NCBI GenBank assembly: GCA_051362555.1
Contig: CM120640.1
Span: 22,368,225 to 22,432,224, forward strand
DNA: 64,000 nt
Reading direction: 5' to 3'
DNA from: Lingula anatina
Lineage: Eukaryota; Animalia; Brachiopoda
Under the pieces are notes generated by a model. That model did no database searches. It saw only the letters and a program-made list of their open reading frames with translations, and was not told the origin of the DNA. Of the stretch, positions 60,501 through 64,000 are shown one piece after another (the first letter of the stretch is position 1; every line of letters starts with the position of its first letter). The position numbers and the translations under genes were made by a program.

Positions 60501-63500
60501 TCTGCCTTAATATTGCATTTGATTGACTGAACTTATAATTTGCAAAGATCTCACAAACATGTCTGTAATGCTAAATGCATTTTATCTTGTATATAAATTT
60601 TTGAGGACTTGAGAAGTTCTGTGGGAAATGTTGCAACCTGATTTTGGCACGCTTTAAGACAACAAGGTCTGAGGAAAGCATGTACTGGCCTTAATGTAAC
60701 TTAAAAAAGTAACCCGCTTTCAAAAATGAAAAAAAAAAGAAAAAACTTTCACTAGAGTTCATTAGTACCACCAGCGTGTACGCTGGCGGTACTCATGGTT
60801 TTAGTCCCGACCCGTCTCGTACAGCTCCGCCGGCTCCTGCGGCTCCGCCGGCTCCTGCGGCTCCGCCGGCTCCTGCGGCTCCGCAGTCGGGCGCCGGAAA
60901 CAAGTCACCGTTACCGCTTCTCCTCCTAGACCACAAGGACCTGTGTCCCCATCTCTTGGATTTAGGTCACATATAATCTCAACTTGAACACCCTGGTTTT
61001 TTTGTCTCCATCGGTGCACTGGCCTGGGCATGACGCTTGTTGAAACGCACCCTTGTCAAAATTTTTGAAAATTCAATGCTTAATATCTCCCAAACCAAAG
61101 GAATTATGGGAAAAATTACTACAGAAGTCTGACCGAAAGTCATATGTGGAGATTCCAAATATGCCCTTGGATTTGACTTTTGACCTTTTTTTCAAGGTCA
61201 AACAAGCCAAAATTTTCTAAAAATGGGAATTTTCTGTAAAAAAATATTTGTTTGTGCTAATTTTAGGAAACTACACAGCCCTAAGCTCTCCTGTTATAAT
61301 GAGGGGTTACCATTGGGGACTCCTTTCATCTTTGGGAGTTTGGGGTCATTCGGTGCATTTTCACGGGAGAAGCAGCCATTAGATACCGAAACTGAAAACT
61401 CGCTCTAAATCTGGAACGGTAAATGCCAGAGACCTCTTTTTTATTGCATTTTGTAGACCTTGTCAAGTGCAATACTGGCGGTGGTGTCCATTTTTTTGTT
61501 TATGATATGGTTTAGGCGTTGCCCTATATCAAAAATTACAACATCACAATATTCAGTGGGGAAAATGTGAAATACTCCAAAATTAGCAGAGATACGCCCA
61601 TAGTTACTATTGAACTTGAATAGGAAGTCATATACTGATAATCTAACTGTGACCTTGAAATTGACCTTTGACCTACTTTTCAGTACTGCACTTTGCAAGT
61701 TTTCTGATCTATATATCTCCAAAACTGGCAAAGATACGCCTATAGTTACTATTGAACTTGAATAGGAAGTCATATACTGGCAATCTAAATATGATCCTGA
61801 AATTGACCTTTGACCTACTTTTCACCATGAACTGAACTTTGCAAAATTTTCAACCCTTATATCTCCAAAACTGGCAGAGATACACCCATAGTTACTGTTG
61901 AACTTTAATAGGAAGTCATATACTGGCAGTCTTATTGTGACCTTGGAATTGACCTTTGACCTACTTTTCACCATGAACTGAACTTTGCAAATTTTCTATC
62001 CCTTATATCTCGAAAACTGGCAGAGATAAGTCCAAAGTTACTATTGAACTTGAATAGGAAGTCATATACTGGCAATCTTACTATGGCCTTGAAATTGACC
62101 TTTGATCTACTATTTATGATGAACTGCACTTTGCATGTTTCCTGGCCTTCATATCTCCAAAATTGGCAAAGAAATGCCCATAGCTACTATTGAACTTTTA
62201 TAGGAAGTCATATACTGTGACCTTGAAATTGACCTTTGACCTACTTTTTCACCACAAACTGAACTCTGCATATTTTCTTGCCCCTCATATCTTCAAAGCT
62301 AGCAGAGATCTGCCCACTGTTGTCCCTAGGTTTTCTCTTTTGTCAGCAAATATGCAATACTGATAACGCATTTCAAGGAAAACCAATAGGCCTATTGTCT
62401 AGAAAATCACAGGAGTGATCAGTGTTAGGAAAATACAGCTCAATTTGAACAGCTGCTTGTTTTGAACAGTTATGTTTGTTCGATATATATATATTTTTTC
62501 ATATTTTGAGAACTCTTGTTTATTGCATTTCATAGAGCTTGTCAAGCACAAGACTGGTGGTGGTGTTCATTTTTTGGGGGTGGGGTTTCCATGAGAATGC
62601 GCTTACTCCAGCTGGTGGTACAATATCCAGAGGCGGTATCGCCTCTCTGATCCTCTAGTTTGATTTATCAATCTCCCCTTTGAGAATTACTCTAAAGAAA
62701 ATAACATCTTAAAGATTTGCAAGTAATTATACTTGCCAATGGTTGTATGTGCAGATGTGTGTTTGCAGACTCTTATGTGTAATAACGTAGGCCAGGAGAA
62801 TCACTGACCAATGATATATAGTGTTTGTACATGTATCTGCTAGCATAATGTTGCTAGTCAGGGAAGGGTTTATTTGCCATGTTCAGTCATGTAACCGTGC
62901 TTAATTTCCAGCATGTTGTCTCTTTGTTGGTGTAGCAGCTGTGAACCATTAAACCTGCTTTTATTTGATTTTTGAAAATCTCACTCCATGCCTTTATGAG
63001 AACTGGCCTTATGACTTACAAAGTAACCTACTTCAGAAAATCTAGGAGCCTTTGTGAGAGATTATATGATTTATCAAGGTCTTCATGTGAGATTCTCATG
63101 TGTATTTTTTCTGGTTATTTCCAGCATTATATGTCCATTTGTGCCATGGCTAAAGAGTAAGATGGATAACTGTTATCTTTTGTCAGCACACAAAGTGGCA
63201 TTTTTTTATGTTCCATAACACTGTTAATATTTCCAGGGTTGAAAATCCCAGGCACCTATAAGTGACAAAAAAAAAAAAAAAAAAAAAAAAAAGGCACATA
63301 ATTTCTGGTGCAGAAAATTGCAAACTGATCAGGTCAATATTATCACATTTCATGCAAACAAGAAAAATTAGAAGGGGGAAGAAAGAGAAACAGATAACAG
63401 TCTGTACATATAGAAACTAGAAATGATGATGATGCAGATGTGGTAATTATCAGGTGATTCCTATGTCCTCAGGTGTATTGAACTGGTGGGCAGAGATGGG

Positions 63501-63995
63501 AGCTTGCCAGCGTCTCTTACCAATGGTGACCAGTGGAGATGGGAACTGTTTGTTACATGCAGCTTCACTAGGTAAGCTATATCTCATATGTTATGCAGCA
63601 GTTGTTTACGTTTAGAGAAAGAGATATCAATTTGACAGTAATTATCCCTGTAAGTGTGAGCGCAGACACTGTAATTGTGCTTGAGAGAGAAGTGTTATGA
63701 TGTGATAATTGGCAATACAACAGAGGTTTTACCTCCTGTTAATATTTCATCAGTTTACTTGATCATTGTTGTTATGTGACATTTCTTAAATGGCATTTCT
63801 TACTAATCTGGACTTGGATTTGCTAGAGGAAAATGTTAAAAGCTTTCCTTTTTTTTTTTTTTTGAAGGAATGTGGGGTTTCCATGACAGACTTCTTACCC
63901 TCAGGAAAGCTCTGTATAATACTCTAGTCCACAGTGATTACAAACTGGCATTCTACAGAAGATGGCGCTGGCAACAGACACAGGCAAACAAAGAG
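57537..63995 (+). CDS. OTUD7B: OTU deubiquitinase OTUD7A/B (Cezanne) homolog, 3'-partial
   Basis: Exons 57537-57609, 58252-58542, 58938-59180, 63473-63571, 63868-63995, phase-consistent. UBA-like start [29 protein letters not shown], then [30 protein letters not shown], catalytic [20 protein letters not shown] and RRWRWQQTQ. Continues beyond the window; co-ortholog of vertebrate OTUD7A/B. Confidence 0.93.
57565..57870 (+). repeat. 79-bp tandem repeat spanning the OTUD7 first coding exon / intron junction (about 4 copies)
   Basis: Unit gagactggggcagacccagggctggccaggga..ttctagaag|gtgagtaaagag starts at 57565, 57644 and 57723, with a shortened copy near 57797. Confidence 0.9.
60762..62660 (+). 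mobile_element. HINE-type element, copy 2, in OTUD7 intron
   Basis: Same termini as 50956-53433 (gtaccaccagcg...gctggtggtacaatatccagaggcggtatcgcctctctgatcctctagtt), 18-bp GC-rich microsatellite, and about 5 diverged 146-bp units (61714, 61860, 62006, 62152). Confidence 0.85.
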
Positions 63996-64000
63996 GTGAA

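Noticed and set aside
60776-61031. ORFs with APAAPP / AEPQEP repeats
   Set aside because: These are translations of the GC-rich microsatellite at the 5' end of the HINE element.

Overview
AT-rich eukaryotic (invertebrate, probably lophotrochozoan/molluscan) genomic DNA with spliceosomal genes, which I reconstructed by hand from splice sites and reading phases. In order: 3' part of an SLC22 transporter (+); two tandem raftlin-like paralogs (+); ANAPC11 (-), head-to-head with an AT-hook/multi-C2H2 zinc-finger gene (+); KIF24 (-), head-to-head with NUDT2 (+) as in human; and the 5' part of an OTUD7/Cezanne deubiquitinase (+). Non-autonomous DNA transposons include foldback MITEs with target-site duplications (TSDs) and two Helentron-associated (HINE-type) elements with 146-bp tandem arrays. 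The main finding is that ANAPC11, which the ORF track misses, gives the canonical 84-aa protein when spliced through a GC-AG intron and a single-nucleotide exon (G at 18804, context tttag|G|gtaagt). This echoes the 1-nt exon known in plant APC11. Other observations are patchy gene conversion and tail loss in the raftlin pair, and tandem echoes of exon ends plus donor sites in three genes. No database searches were run.
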